Below the pieces are notes generated by a model. The model had not been told where the DNA came from and did not search any database. It worked only from the letters and a program-made list of their open reading frames with translations. The position numbers and the translations under genes were made by a program. Shown one piece after another: positions 7,816-16,971 of a stretch of DNA of 64,000 nt. Positions within the stretch are counted from its first letter, which is position 1; each line of letters begins with the position of its first letter. Location of the stretch: positions 1,536,001 to 1,600,000 of the forward strand of contig OY969724.1 in assembly GCA_963702205.1 (NCBI GenBank), given 5' to 3'. This DNA is from an uncultured candidate division Zixibacteria bacterium. GTDB lineage: Bacteria; Zixibacteria; MSB-5A5; GN15; PGXB01.

Positions 7816-10557
7816 ATGCGTTTTATAAAATTTCCCGACTCCCGATTAATATTCCCTGTTGTTGTGCTAATTCTGCTTTTTCAGACAGCGACGGCGGCCG
7901 ATCTGGCCGATAGAATCCATCGCCACGAACAGCGAATTTTCGTCCCGACAACCAACGAAAGAACAACTCCTGATATTAGGACCATCGGAATCACCGCTTC
8001 CGGCTCCGACGATATACAAATCTCTGAGTCAATAGCCCCGGCATCATTTACGCAAAATAATTCATCCATAGCTAAACTCTCCGGTGATAGAGTAATCGTG
8101 GTCTGGGAAGATAATCGTAAGGGGACAGAAAGCATATTCGGTCAGGTGTTCGGGGCCGACGGCAACCCGTCCGGCGGTAATGTCCTGTTGGCATACAGCA
8201 CCGGCGGTTATGATTTCGTCGAACCGACAGCGGTGTCCGACGGCGCCGGTGGATTTTATCTTGCCTGGCGTGTCAAGGAAACCGGAGATATATATGCCGC
8301 GCGGTTCGGAAGCGACCTGTCCGTATTGACCCCGGCTTTCAATATCACCAATAATTCCGGGTCGAGTTTTGCCGGTCCCTTCAATATCGACGTCGGACTC
8401 AACAGCAAACTGATCGTGGCCTGGGAACGCTACGACGGCGGCAATTTCATCGCTCTTCGCGTTTTCAATTCTTCGGGGTCGGCCATCAGCGGGACTATTA
8501 TTGTCAACGACGACGGCGGAACCACCAGCCACTGGGTGCCGGACGTCGCGGTTTCCGGGACCGGGACGATGATGGTCGTATGGGAGGATTATCGTAACGA
8601 CCGGGCCGATTTAATGGGGCAGATCATAAACAGCAGCGGCATACCGGATGGAAGCAATTTCGGTTTGGTCGACGCGGCTTTTGACGAATACAATCAATTT
8701 TTGCCGTCAGTGGCTTTTTCACTAAGAGACGGCTTCGCGACGGCCTGGCTCGACAATCGCGCGGCAAATCAGGACGTGTACTTACAGAGATTCGTGGTCG
8801 GATTGAATCTGGTCGGGGGAAATGTCAAAATATCCGAAACCGGCAATACATATGATAATTGGGACGCCTGCCTCGCGGTCAATTCCGCTTATGATCTTAC
8901 AGCCATATGGTCGACCGATGAAGCCTCCGACCGCGCCCTGGCTCGCAATTTCACGACCAATTTCGCAGTTTCCGGGGTTCCTTTTGCTCTCAATATCCTG
9001 CAGTCAGGATCACGGTGGAGCCCGGCTTTGGGTTTCGGGCAGTTTGACCGGATTTTCTGTTCCTGGACCGATATGCGAGGCGGCCTGTCAGATATATACC
9101 TCGGGCACTCCACGTCGTCGGGGACGCTGCTTTATTCGTCCGATAAACTGGTCAATGCCGACGGCCAGGGGGCCAATTCTTTGGAACCGGATATCGCTCT
9201 GGCCGGATCGAACATAAGTGCCATCACTTTCACCGATCAGCGGAATGATTACGGCGATGTGTTCGTACAGTTGGTTGATTTCGGCGGGAACCCGATCGGT
9301 GCCAATCTGAAAGCCAATTCTGATAACGCCGGTTGCCTTCAGGATGAACCGGCAATAGCCGCGACTTCAAGTAAAATTATAGTCGTATGGAACGATTCAC
9401 GGCCGGTCAAAGGTATTACCGGCAACCGAATTTTCGGGCGGTTTCTCGGTACCGATGGAACCTGGCTTGGCGATGATTTTCTGATTTCCGACAGCCTCGA
9501 TGTCTCGGCTAAGCAATCACCTGACGTGGCGATGGCTTCCGACGGCAGCGCGATGGTTGTCTGGGAAAATTACCGCAATGGTACACCTCACATATACGGT
9601 CGTCTGTATGATGCATCCGGAGACGCAGTGGGCGAAGAATATGCGATCTCAACGGTCGGAACGGACATTGATAATGTTAAGCCCTCGGTTAGTGTCGACG
9701 GCTCAGACAATTTCACGGTCGCCTGGGTTGAGCACGGCAATCCGGCCGGGACCGTCGCCGATTTTGCGCGATTCAATGTGTCCGGCGGCTCCCTCGGACG
9801 CTTTGAATATACGGGGGATATTGACGCAATGGACGCGGTTGTCAATTCGGACGGGGATATATATATCCTCTGGACGGAAAATTCTTCGGCCACGGATTTA
9901 TATCTGACGGTTCTTGACAACACCGGCGCGGTCATAAATCCGTATTTACCGGTGACGGGTTTGACGGATGCTGCACCGCAAAATCTATCGGTTTCGGTCG
10001 ATAATCAGGACGTCGCTCTTCTGACCTGGACCGACGCCAGAATCAGTCAGCGACGGGCTTACTACCAATTAATTGCGGCCAATTATAACCGGATCGGGGG
10101 TAATCTGGTGGTCACCGATTTCTTTGGCGGCGCAGTTTTATCCTCGCGCATGGTCGGCAACGACGCCACTGCCCGACTGGTCTGGTGCGATAACCGCAGC
10201 GACGGTTTCAATGTCTATATGCGCCGGGTAGCCTATTCCACGACCGCAGTGGGTGATGATGATATCGCGACTCTCCCCGATCATTTCCAATTAATGCAAA
10301 ATTATCCCAACCCGTTTAATCCGGCGACGACCATACAATTTTCTCTTCCCTCAAGAACTGCGGTCAAATTGGAAGTCCTCGATATTCTCGGCCGTCATGT
10401 CCTGACCCTGGCAGATAGAGTCTATGAGGTCGGGGACCATGTAGTTGACTGGAATGGCCGGGATTCTTCTGGCAGAATCGTCCCCAGCGGTGTATATTTA
10501 TACCGTATGAAGGCCGACGGTCTCACCATCAGCCGCAAGATGATGCTTCTTAAATAA
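7816..10557 (+). CDS. Secreted repeat protein (probable double beta-propeller) with T9SS type A C-terminal sorting domain
   Basis: Signal peptide; ~14 'VVWED.R'-type repeats; C-terminal QNYPNPFNPATTI..DILGR..WNGRD..SGVYLYR..RKMMLLK. An alternative GTG start lies at 7801. Confidence 0.85.
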   Translation: MRFIKFPDSRLIFPVVVLILLFQTATAADLADRIHRHEQRIFVPTTNERTTPDIRTIGITASGSDDIQISESIAPASFTQNNSSIAKLSGDRVIVVWEDNRKGTESIFGQVFGADGNPSGGNVLLAYSTGGYDFVEPTAVSDGAGGFYLAWRVKETGDIYAARFGSDLSVLTPAFNITNNSGSSFAGPFNIDVGLNSKLIVAWERYDGGNFIALRVFNSSGSAISGTIIVNDDGGTTSHWVPDVAVSGTGTMMVVWEDYRNDRADLMGQIINSSGIPDGSNFGLVDAAFDEYNQFLPSVAFSLRDGFATAWLDNRAANQDVYLQRFVVGLNLVGGNVKISETGNTYDNWDACLAVNSAYDLTAIWSTDEASDRALARNFTTNFAVSGVPFALNILQSGSRWSPALGFGQFDRIFCSWTDMRGGLSDIYLGHSTSSGTLLYSSDKLVNADGQGANSLEPDIALAGSNISAITFTDQRNDYGDVFVQLVDFGGNPIGANLKANSDNAGCLQDEPAIAATSSKIIVVWNDSRPVKGITGNRIFGRFLGTDGTWLGDDFLISDSLDVSAKQSPDVAMASDGSAMVVWENYRNGTPHIYGRLYDASGDAVGEEYAISTVGTDIDNVKPSVSVDGSDNFTVAWVEHGNPAGTVADFARFNVSGGSLGRFEYTGDIDAMDAVVNSDGDIYILWTENSSATDLYLTVLDNTGAVINPYLPVTGLTDAAPQNLSVSVDNQDVALLTWTDARISQRRAYYQLIAANYNRIGGNLVVTDFFGGAVLSSRMVGNDATARLVWCDNRSDGFNVYMRRVAYSTTAVGDDDIATLPDHFQLMQNYPNPFNPATTIQFSLPSRTAVKLEVLDILGRHVLTLADRVYEVGDHVVDWNGRDSSGRIVPSGVYLYRMKADGLTISRKMMLLK

Positions 10558-10568
10558 TTGCTCTTTTC

Positions 10569-12800
10569 ATGGGAAGGAGGGAGCCCGTGCGGATAAAAAC
10601 TTCCGGTGCAGTCATCGGATTGTGTCTTATTATAGCGATTTCATCGGCAGCACAAATACCGTTAAATACAACCCCGTTTTGGGAGTCTTATGAGACCGAC
10701 CTGAATCATACCGGCATGGTCTGGCGGGATTGCAATAATGATGGGTATATAGATATTTTCGTCTCATCGGGGAACGACATAACCCTGGCTCCAAACCTGG
10801 TTTATGTGTCCAAATATGGAGTAATTCCATCTGCTGCGACGTGGTCATCGCTTAACAACGAATACTCCGGTCATTGTTCGGTCGGTGATATCAATGACGA
10901 CGGTTTCCCCGATTTCGCGGTGGCCAATTATATCAGTTCGGCGGGTTTCGACTATCCCACCGTCTCGACTATGTACTATAACAACGCCGGGGCGCTGAAT
11001 CGAAACCCCGACTGGCGTAATACTGACAGCATGTATACCTTTTCGTGCGCGCTGGGGGACGCCGACGGTGACCTCGATTTGGCTCTCGCCACGGGTGAGC
11101 CGTACAGCGGGATATTGGAAAAGGACAGGATATATTACAACGTCGGGGGTGTCCTTCAAACGACCGCCGGATGGCAGAGCACATACGCAACGGCTGGTAT
11201 GGACGTGGTATGGGCCGACCTCGACCAGAACGGCTATCTTGATTTGGTAATGGCTTTATTCGATGGAGTTGGTGTGTACTATAATTATGGCGGTACCCTT
11301 GAACCGACGTTTTCTTACCACTCCAACGACAACCATGAAGTCAATACCGTCACGGTCGGCGATATCAACGGCGACGGCTGGCTTGATCTGGTCGCGGCCT
11401 TTAACAATCAAATATCGACTGACGGACATTTCCGTGTGTATTATAACGACGGTGCAGGCAATATCGATCCCGATTACGGCTGGCAGTCGGCCACCGAAGG
11501 TTACGGTTCGGCGGTGGCTTTGTACGACGTGGATAACGACGGCGACCTCGATCTCGCCGCCGGGCGATGGTGGGACAGGCCGCGCCTTTATGAAAATATC
11601 GGCGGGACATTCACGTCGACACCGGTCTGGACCGCCAACCTGTCAACCGTGGTCGAAGAACTGGCCTGGGCCGATGCCGATGGCGACGGCGTCGAATACC
11701 TGGCCGACACTCTTTTTAATGCCGGCAAGCATACGTACTATGCCAGCCGGTCGCCCCTTCAGACGATAGATTCGGTTTTAGTGGATGGCATGGTGCTCGA
11801 CATATCGCAGTACTGCACCGATCCGATATTCGGATGGGTGTCGGTGGCGACGGTGCCGAATGACAGTATCGTTATATATTATCAGTATTCATATAAAAAC
11901 GATCTGGCTTTGTCCAATTGGGATACATCGAATATGATCTACGGCAATATCGCCAAACCACTGGTGGATTTTTACGCCGATACTGCTTTCGGATTTATTC
12001 CCCTGCCTGTGCAGTTTACCGACAGCTCGGTGGGAGCGTCTTCGTGGAACTGGCAGTTCGGTGACGGGACGGGCGCAACCGTGGCCGATCCCATGAAAAC
12101 GTATAACACGGCGGGGGCGTACGATGTTTTTCTGGAGACGACCCTTCCCGACGGTTACCATAACCGGAAACAGAAGAAGATGATCGTAGCGTTAGCCGAT
12201 ACTATCATGATTCCGCAGGTCGAGGCCGTGGACGATACGGTCTCGTTTTCGATATATTTAAGAAACAGCCAGCCGGTGGAAAAACTGGTGCTGCCGCTGG
12301 TTTTCGCGGGTGATGCCCATCTCGAATATGTCAGTCACGATTCGATCGGATGTCGTACGGAATATTTCGACAAGGTCGATCTGACGACGCTCAGCCCCAT
12401 TTACAGCAAGATGACTTTTACTTTGCAGGCCAGCATTTTCGATCAGAACCCGCCTTTGGCGCCGGGGTATGGGCCGATTATAAACGTCAAGTTTCATCGC
12501 GCGGGCGGCTCGGGAATCAATGTCATGGATACGACGACACTCAATGGCAAGTCGCTGAACGTCGACGCCGGTTATGTCCAGTATCAGCCCCGAATTATTA
12601 CCGGGCTGGCTATTACCGGAGGTCTGCAGAGAGGCGACGTCGATCATAATGGCACCCTCAACCTGCTCGACATTCTGACAATTATTGATTTTCTATATAA
12701 CGACGGCACGCCGGTGGGCAGTTATGAAGGCGACGTCAATGCCGACGGGCTGGTAAATCTGATTGATATTCTGATGCTGATAGATTTGGTTTATGGTTGA
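10569..12800 (+). CDS. Secreted FG-GAP repeat protein with PKD domain, cohesin-like domain and C-terminal dockerin
   Basis: FG-GAP repeats GDINDDGFPD, DLDQNGYLD and GDINGDGWLD; PKD 'FTDSSVGASSWNWQFGDG'; duplicated dockerin loops GDVDHNGTLNLLDI and GDVNADGLVNLIDI. The start may be GTG 10587. Confidence 0.85.
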   Translation: MGRREPVRIKTSGAVIGLCLIIAISSAAQIPLNTTPFWESYETDLNHTGMVWRDCNNDGYIDIFVSSGNDITLAPNLVYVSKYGVIPSAATWSSLNNEYSGHCSVGDINDDGFPDFAVANYISSAGFDYPTVSTMYYNNAGALNRNPDWRNTDSMYTFSCALGDADGDLDLALATGEPYSGILEKDRIYYNVGGVLQTTAGWQSTYATAGMDVVWADLDQNGYLDLVMALFDGVGVYYNYGGTLEPTFSYHSNDNHEVNTVTVGDINGDGWLDLVAAFNNQISTDGHFRVYYNDGAGNIDPDYGWQSATEGYGSAVALYDVDNDGDLDLAAGRWWDRPRLYENIGGTFTSTPVWTANLSTVVEELAWADADGDGVEYLADTLFNAGKHTYYASRSPLQTIDSVLVDGMVLDISQYCTDPIFGWVSVATVPNDSIVIYYQYSYKNDLALSNWDTSNMIYGNIAKPLVDFYADTAFGFIPLPVQFTDSSVGASSWNWQFGDGTGATVADPMKTYNTAGAYDVFLETTLPDGYHNRKQKKMIVALADTIMIPQVEAVDDTVSFSIYLRNSQPVEKLVLPLVFAGDAHLEYVSHDSIGCRTEYFDKVDLTTLSPIYSKMTFTLQASIFDQNPPLAPGYGPIINVKFHRAGGSGINVMDTTTLNGKSLNVDAGYVQYQPRIITGLAITGGLQRGDVDHNGTLNLLDILTIIDFLYNDGTPVGSYEGDVNADGLVNLIDILMLIDLVYG

Positions 12801-13552
12801 AAGGGATAGAAGAGGGCCGAGAAATCCTGGAAGAAATGGGCGATAATGCACGGCCAAAGGCTGCCCGTTTTAATAAATAACACTGCGAAAAAAGCCCCGT
12901 AAACCGACATCATTATAAATCCACCCAGCCCCTGATAGCTGTGTCCGGAACCGAAAATTATCGACGCCACGAATATGGGCAGAATCCAGTTGCGGTTTTT
13001 CCCAAGAATACGCATGCGGGTAATCAAATAGCCCCGAAAAGCGACTTCTTCGCAGACACCGGCGGTCAGAGAAAGCACCACCCAGAATACTCTTTCAATC
13101 CCGGTTCGCGGCAGCAGAAATTCTATTTCGCCGGGAATGGGCAGGCCGACTCTGGTCAAAAAGAGTGATAAAAATGTCAAAAACAGGTTGCTGACCAGAA
13201 GAAACGCGATGGCATAGAGGAAATCCATTAGCCTGATGCGCTTGAAGCCGATCCCCCGCAGACCGGTCTCTTCGCGGTAGGCTGTGAAGTGTATCAGCAG
13301 AAACAGAAACCACTGGGTGATGATGGTGGGGAGATAGACTAGAAGTATCGGAGAGAGGGAAATGGTTTTGAGCACTTCTTTGGGATTGCCGACCATTACA
13401 ATCGATGCCACCGGCCAGATTATCATGAGAAAAGCGAGGGTAATGTAGGTCAGGCGGCTGGTTCGGAAATGAGCCGGAAGCGGTTCGGGAGGCGAGGGCG
13501 CGACGGGCTCATAGTCATAGGGGTTATAATTGTCCCGGTTGAATTCTTCCAA
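12791..13552 (-). CDS. CPBP (Abi/CAAX-like) intramembrane metalloprotease
   Basis: Motifs EEVAFRG, FGSGH and AHFFQD, with multiple transmembrane helices. Confidence 0.9.
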   Translation of the reverse strand: MEEFNRDNYNPYDYEPVAPSPPEPLPAHFRTSRLTYITLAFLMIIWPVASIVMVGNPKEVLKTISLSPILLVYLPTIITQWFLFLLIHFTAYREETGLRGIGFKRIRLMDFLYAIAFLLVSNLFLTFLSLFLTRVGLPIPGEIEFLLPRTGIERVFWVVLSLTAGVCEEVAFRGYLITRMRILGKNRNWILPIFVASIIFGSGHSYQGLGGFIMMSVYGAFFAVLFIKTGSLWPCIIAHFFQDFSALFYPFQP

Positions 13553-13554
13553 GG

Positions 13555-13767
13555 TCAGATTTGTCCGTCATTGGTCCTTTTTTGCTTGCGGAATAAAGAA
13601 CCTATCAATAAAGCAACGCCAACTATTATTAAAATGCCCGGCCAGCTTCTGCCCCAGTTGGGGAGCACGCCGGTGTTGATCAGAAAAAACAGGGTCCCCA
13701 GTCCGATTAATATTACACCGCCTATAATGGTCCCGCTGCGATCTTCAGACGATTTATGCTGCGACAT
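13555..13767 (-). CDS. Small membrane protein, LiaI/LiaF-like TM domain (DUF5668-type)
   Basis: Pattern 'GGVILIGLGTLFFLIN.G...WGRSWPGILIIVGVALL', with an SD-like GAGGGA upstream. Confidence 0.75.
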   Translation of the reverse strand: MSQHKSSEDRSGTIIGGVILIGLGTLFFLINTGVLPNWGRSWPGILIIVGVALLIGSLFRKQKRTNDGQI

Positions 13768-13870
13768 AAGAATCCCTCATTTTTGGCCGTATGGCTTTCC
13801 AATAGTGATATTTTTTATTAACTTAATTAATACGACGGGCAAAAGCACATAATTTTTGTCCAATTTTGAC

Positions 13871-14632
13871 ATGACCATTGCGCTGCAAAAAAATATTATC
13901 TATGGCCCGGTAAATTCGCGGCGGCTGGGAAAATCTCTGGGGGTAAATCTCCTGCCGCCGGATATGAAGCTGTGCCCTTTTAACTGCGTCTATTGCCAGT
14001 ACGGATACACCTCACCGGCCGGTTTTGCGTTTAATTTCGACCGTGATAAGCTGCCGGGCATTGAAGATATTAAGGCGGCCCTTATAAATGGGATAGAATC
14101 TCATCCGAAGGTATCATATATCACTTTTTCCGGAAATGGGGAGCCGACTATCCATCCCGATTTTCCGGATATTGTCGATGCGGTAATAGAAATACGGGAC
14201 AAAACGATTCCGCACGCACGCACGGCGATCTTATCGAATTCGGCCACAGTTTCCGATGCCAATATTATATCAGCCTTGAATAAACTGGACCGCCGCTTTA
14301 TGAAACTCGATTGCGGCGATGAGAGGATTTTCCGCCGGTTCAACCGGTGTCACAAGAATGTCACATTTGACGGTATCATTTCCGGCCTGAAAGATATGCG
14401 AGATATTGTAATACAGTCACTCTTCGCGGGCGGCAGTCACGGAAATACGACCGATGAAAACATCGAAAGCTGGATAGATAAAATCGGGCTCATAAAACCG
14501 GTCGAATGCCATATATATTCATTGGATCGGGGCCCGGCTGACGGCAGCCTTGTTAGGCTAAATCGCAGCGCCCTCAATAAAATCAAAGAAGCCGCCGAAA
14601 GTCAAACTCAAATCCCCGTACATGTCTTCTAA
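13871..14632 (+). CDS. Radical SAM protein (COG0731-like)
   Basis: Motifs YGPVNSRRLGKSLGVNL, CxxxCxxC (CPFNCVYC), TFSGNGEPT and KLD. Start is ATG 13871 or TTG 13856. Confidence 0.88.
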   Translation: MTIALQKNIIYGPVNSRRLGKSLGVNLLPPDMKLCPFNCVYCQYGYTSPAGFAFNFDRDKLPGIEDIKAALINGIESHPKVSYITFSGNGEPTIHPDFPDIVDAVIEIRDKTIPHARTAILSNSATVSDANIISALNKLDRRFMKLDCGDERIFRRFNRCHKNVTFDGIISGLKDMRDIVIQSLFAGGSHGNTTDENIESWIDKIGLIKPVECHIYSLDRGPADGSLVRLNRSALNKIKEAAESQTQIPVHVF

Positions 14633-14650
14633 TATCACATGATGTGATAT
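14632..14650. promoter_or_regulatory. Perfect 9-bp inverted repeat, candidate operator
   Basis: ATATCACAT-G-ATGTGATAT; AT-rich with no T-tail, so not a terminator. Confidence 0.55.
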
Positions 14651-14744
14651 AAGCCGTGCGGTATATTCGCCAATCTGCGTGACCGGCATATGTTTTGAAA
14701 TCTGCTCATCATTCCGTTGCTTTCATGCAAAAAAGGAAATTTGC

Positions 14745-15260
14745 ATGGGCACACCGAGGATTATATACCAAAACTGGATTGTCGAAAACGGGGCCGACCC
14801 GAATAAGGTCCGCCGTGCAGCCCCACAAGATGACCCGGTTATCCCCAACGCCGAGATTGTCAAGGCGGTCAGGCTGGCATTGAAAAAACTACCACCGCTT
14901 CAAAAGGAACTGGTCGAGCGGTTTTATTTCGTGGGCCTTACTATTGAGGAAATCTCTGGTTCTCTGGATTTAAGCGTCCGGGACGTGCAGGCGTTTCTTC
15001 GAGACGCCGTGAGATCGCTTAAGAGGTCATTGACTTCCTTTGTGGAGAAAAAGTTCGGGGTCGCGGCGGCCAAAGTGGCCGGTTGTCCCTTATGCGCCTC
15101 ATCGTTCAGGGATGAAATCGACCGGTTGATTTCCGCGCACAAGCCTCGTCAAACGTGGAGCAGAATAATCAAAACGCTCAGGATCGAGTACGGAATTCAT
15201 ATAATCGCCCCTCAAATTTTGATAAGCCATAAAAAATACCATATAAGAAAGGAGATTTGA
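14745..15260 (+). CDS. Stand-alone sigma70 region-4-like HTH fused to a C-terminal CxxC...HxxxH domain
   Basis: 'AVRLALKKLPPLQKELVERFYFVGLTIEEIS..L.LS..V..' is sigma-4-like. It is followed by CPLC..RDEID..W..I..HKKYH. SD AAAGGA precedes ATG 14745. Confidence 0.7.
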   Translation: MGTPRIIYQNWIVENGADPNKVRRAAPQDDPVIPNAEIVKAVRLALKKLPPLQKELVERFYFVGLTIEEISGSLDLSVRDVQAFLRDAVRSLKRSLTSFVEKKFGVAAAKVAGCPLCASSFRDEIDRLISAHKPRQTWSRIIKTLRIEYGIHIIAPQILISHKKYHIRKEI

Positions 15261-15261
15261 A

Positions 15262-15513
15262 ATGCCGTCCCAAAAAAGAAATCCGGCCCGGGGAGAACAT
15301 TGTATCAATGTGTTTGTTTCCTTTGAATTAAAGGAGCAGCTCAAAAGTCTGGCTCAGCGCTATGACCGAACCCTGGCCGACATGGTGCGCGCCGTGCTTA
15401 TAATCGGCATTCCGGTTATGGAGGGAATTTCCGAAGCCGAAGAAAAAATGGTCCGCGAATATGTCAGGCTTTTTCGCAAATTTCGGAAGATGAAAGAAAT
15501 AAAGGATTTATAG
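15262..15513 (+). CDS. Ribbon-helix-helix (CopG/Arc-like) DNA-binding protein
   Basis: RHH pattern 'INVFVSFELKEQLKSLAQRYDRTLADMVRAVL'; SD AAGGAG; starts 1 nt after the upstream stop. Confidence 0.7.
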   Translation: MPSQKRNPARGEHCINVFVSFELKEQLKSLAQRYDRTLADMVRAVLIIGIPVMEGISEAEEKMVREYVRLFRKFRKMKEIKDL

Positions 15514-15530
15514 CGGTTGCGGATTTTAGC

Positions 15531-15559
15531 TTGAAATAAACATCGAATTTAGGTATAAT
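15531..15559 (+). promoter_or_regulatory. sigma70-type promoter of the lipid A operon
   Basis: TTGAAA-N17-TATAAT. Confidence 0.7.
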
Positions 15560-15579
15560 CAGCGCCACAGGAAAAAATC

Positions 15580-16971
15580 ATGTACGAAAAGCAACGCACT
15601 ATCAAAGCCCCGATATCCATGGAAGGAATCGGGTTACATACGGGCAACGCCTCCCGCATGACTTTCAAGCCCGCCCCGGAAAACAGCGGCGTCCGCTTTG
15701 TCAGGGCCGATTTGCCGGGGGCGCCTTCGGTTCTGGCCAATATCGATTTCGTGGTCGATATCGCGCGGGGTACCAATCTGGCCGATGGCGACGCGAAAGT
15801 CTATACCGTGGAGCATGTTCTGGCGGCGGTCGCGGGTCTTCAAATGGACAACTTGATTGTCGAACTGGATTCCAACGAGCCTCCGGTGGGCGATGGTTCG
15901 GCGCTGCCATATGTCGAAAAAATCCTCGAAGCGGGCATAGAAACCCAGAATGCCGACCGGCAATATCTCGAAATCGATACTACCCTGTCGTATTCCGAGC
16001 CGGACCGCGCGGTCGATATTGTCGTGACACCGTCGGATACTTTTCGCATAACTTTTCTGATCGACTATAAGAATCCCGCTCTGGGGACACAATACACGAC
16101 CCTGATCGATCTGGACAGCGAGTTTGTCGATGAATATGCGCCGTCCCGAACCTTCTGCTTTTTATCCGAAGTGGAGATGCTCAAAAATCAGGGGCTGATC
16201 AAAGGCGGCGGACTGGACAATGCCGTCGTTATTTATGACAGCGATCTGGGGCAGGTCGAGGTGGACCGTATTCAGAAGGTGCTTAATCTTAAAGAAAAAG
16301 CCTTTGTGGGCAAAACCGGCATTATCAATGATATTCAACTGCGGTTTTATAACGAGCCGGTGCGTCACAAAGCGCTCGATCTTATCGGTGATCTGTTTCT
16401 GATCGGGGTTCCGATCAAGGGACATATTTTGGCGGCCCGTTCCGGCCACAAGGCCAACGTGGCGCTGGTGCGCAAGATCAAGGCGCTATACGAAAAGAAA
16501 AAGATAATTCGGCGTTTTCAAAAATCTAGTACCGCGCCGGTGCTCGATATCAACGGCATTATGAAAATTATGCCGCACCGCTACCCGTTTTTATTGATAG
16601 ACAAAATTCTCGACCTGGAGCCGGAAAAGAGCGTGATCGCGATGAAGAACGTGACGTTCAACGAGCCGTTTTTCCAGGGGCATTTCCCGGGGCACCCGAT
16701 TATGCCGGGAGTGCTTATTGTGGAAGCGATGGCCCAGGCGGGCGGAATACTGCTTTTGAACGCCGTCGAAAACCCGGAAACCAAGCTTGTCTATTTTCTT
16801 TCGATAGATAATGTCAAATTCCGCCGGCCGGTTATGCCCGGCGATACTCTGCGTTTCGAACTGGAAATGCTCACCTTCCGCCGGGGCGTATGTAAAATGC
16901 AGGGAAAAACTTATATAGGCGATACACTCGTAACCGAGGCGGACCTTATGGCCAAGGTTGTCGATCGATGA
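15580..16971 (+). CDS. lpxC/fabZ: Bifunctional UDP-3-O-acyl-GlcNAc deacetylase / 3-hydroxyacyl-ACP dehydratase
   Basis: LpxC motifs GIGLHTG, TVEHVLAA, SRTF and HKALDLIGD, followed by FabZ motifs PHRYPFLLID and FQGHFPGHPIMPGVLIVEAMAQ. Confidence 0.96.
   Translation: MYEKQRTIKAPISMEGIGLHTGNASRMTFKPAPENSGVRFVRADLPGAPSVLANIDFVVDIARGTNLADGDAKVYTVEHVLAAVAGLQMDNLIVELDSNEPPVGDGSALPYVEKILEAGIETQNADRQYLEIDTTLSYSEPDRAVDIVVTPSDTFRITFLIDYKNPALGTQYTTLIDLDSEFVDEYAPSRTFCFLSEVEMLKNQGLIKGGGLDNAVVIYDSDLGQVEVDRIQKVLNLKEKAFVGKTGIINDIQLRFYNEPVRHKALDLIGDLFLIGVPIKGHILAARSGHKANVALVRKIKALYEKKKIIRRFQKSSTAPVLDINGIMKIMPHRYPFLLIDKILDLEPEKSVIAMKNVTFNEPFFQGHFPGHPIMPGVLIVEAMAQAGGILLLNAVENPETKLVYFLSIDNVKFRRPVMPGDTLRFELEMLTFRRGVCKMQGKTYIGDTLVTEADLMAKVVDR

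Noticed and set aside
11055..11085. FG-GAP repeat GDADGDLDL is two residues shorter than its siblings (DVDNDGDLDL)
   Set aside because: An in-frame 6-nt difference, either natural variation or a collapsed microrepeat; no further support.
15262..15513. RHH protein as antitoxin of a toxin-antitoxin pair
   Set aside because: No adjacent PIN, RelE or other toxin-like ORF; the neighbour is an HTH protein.
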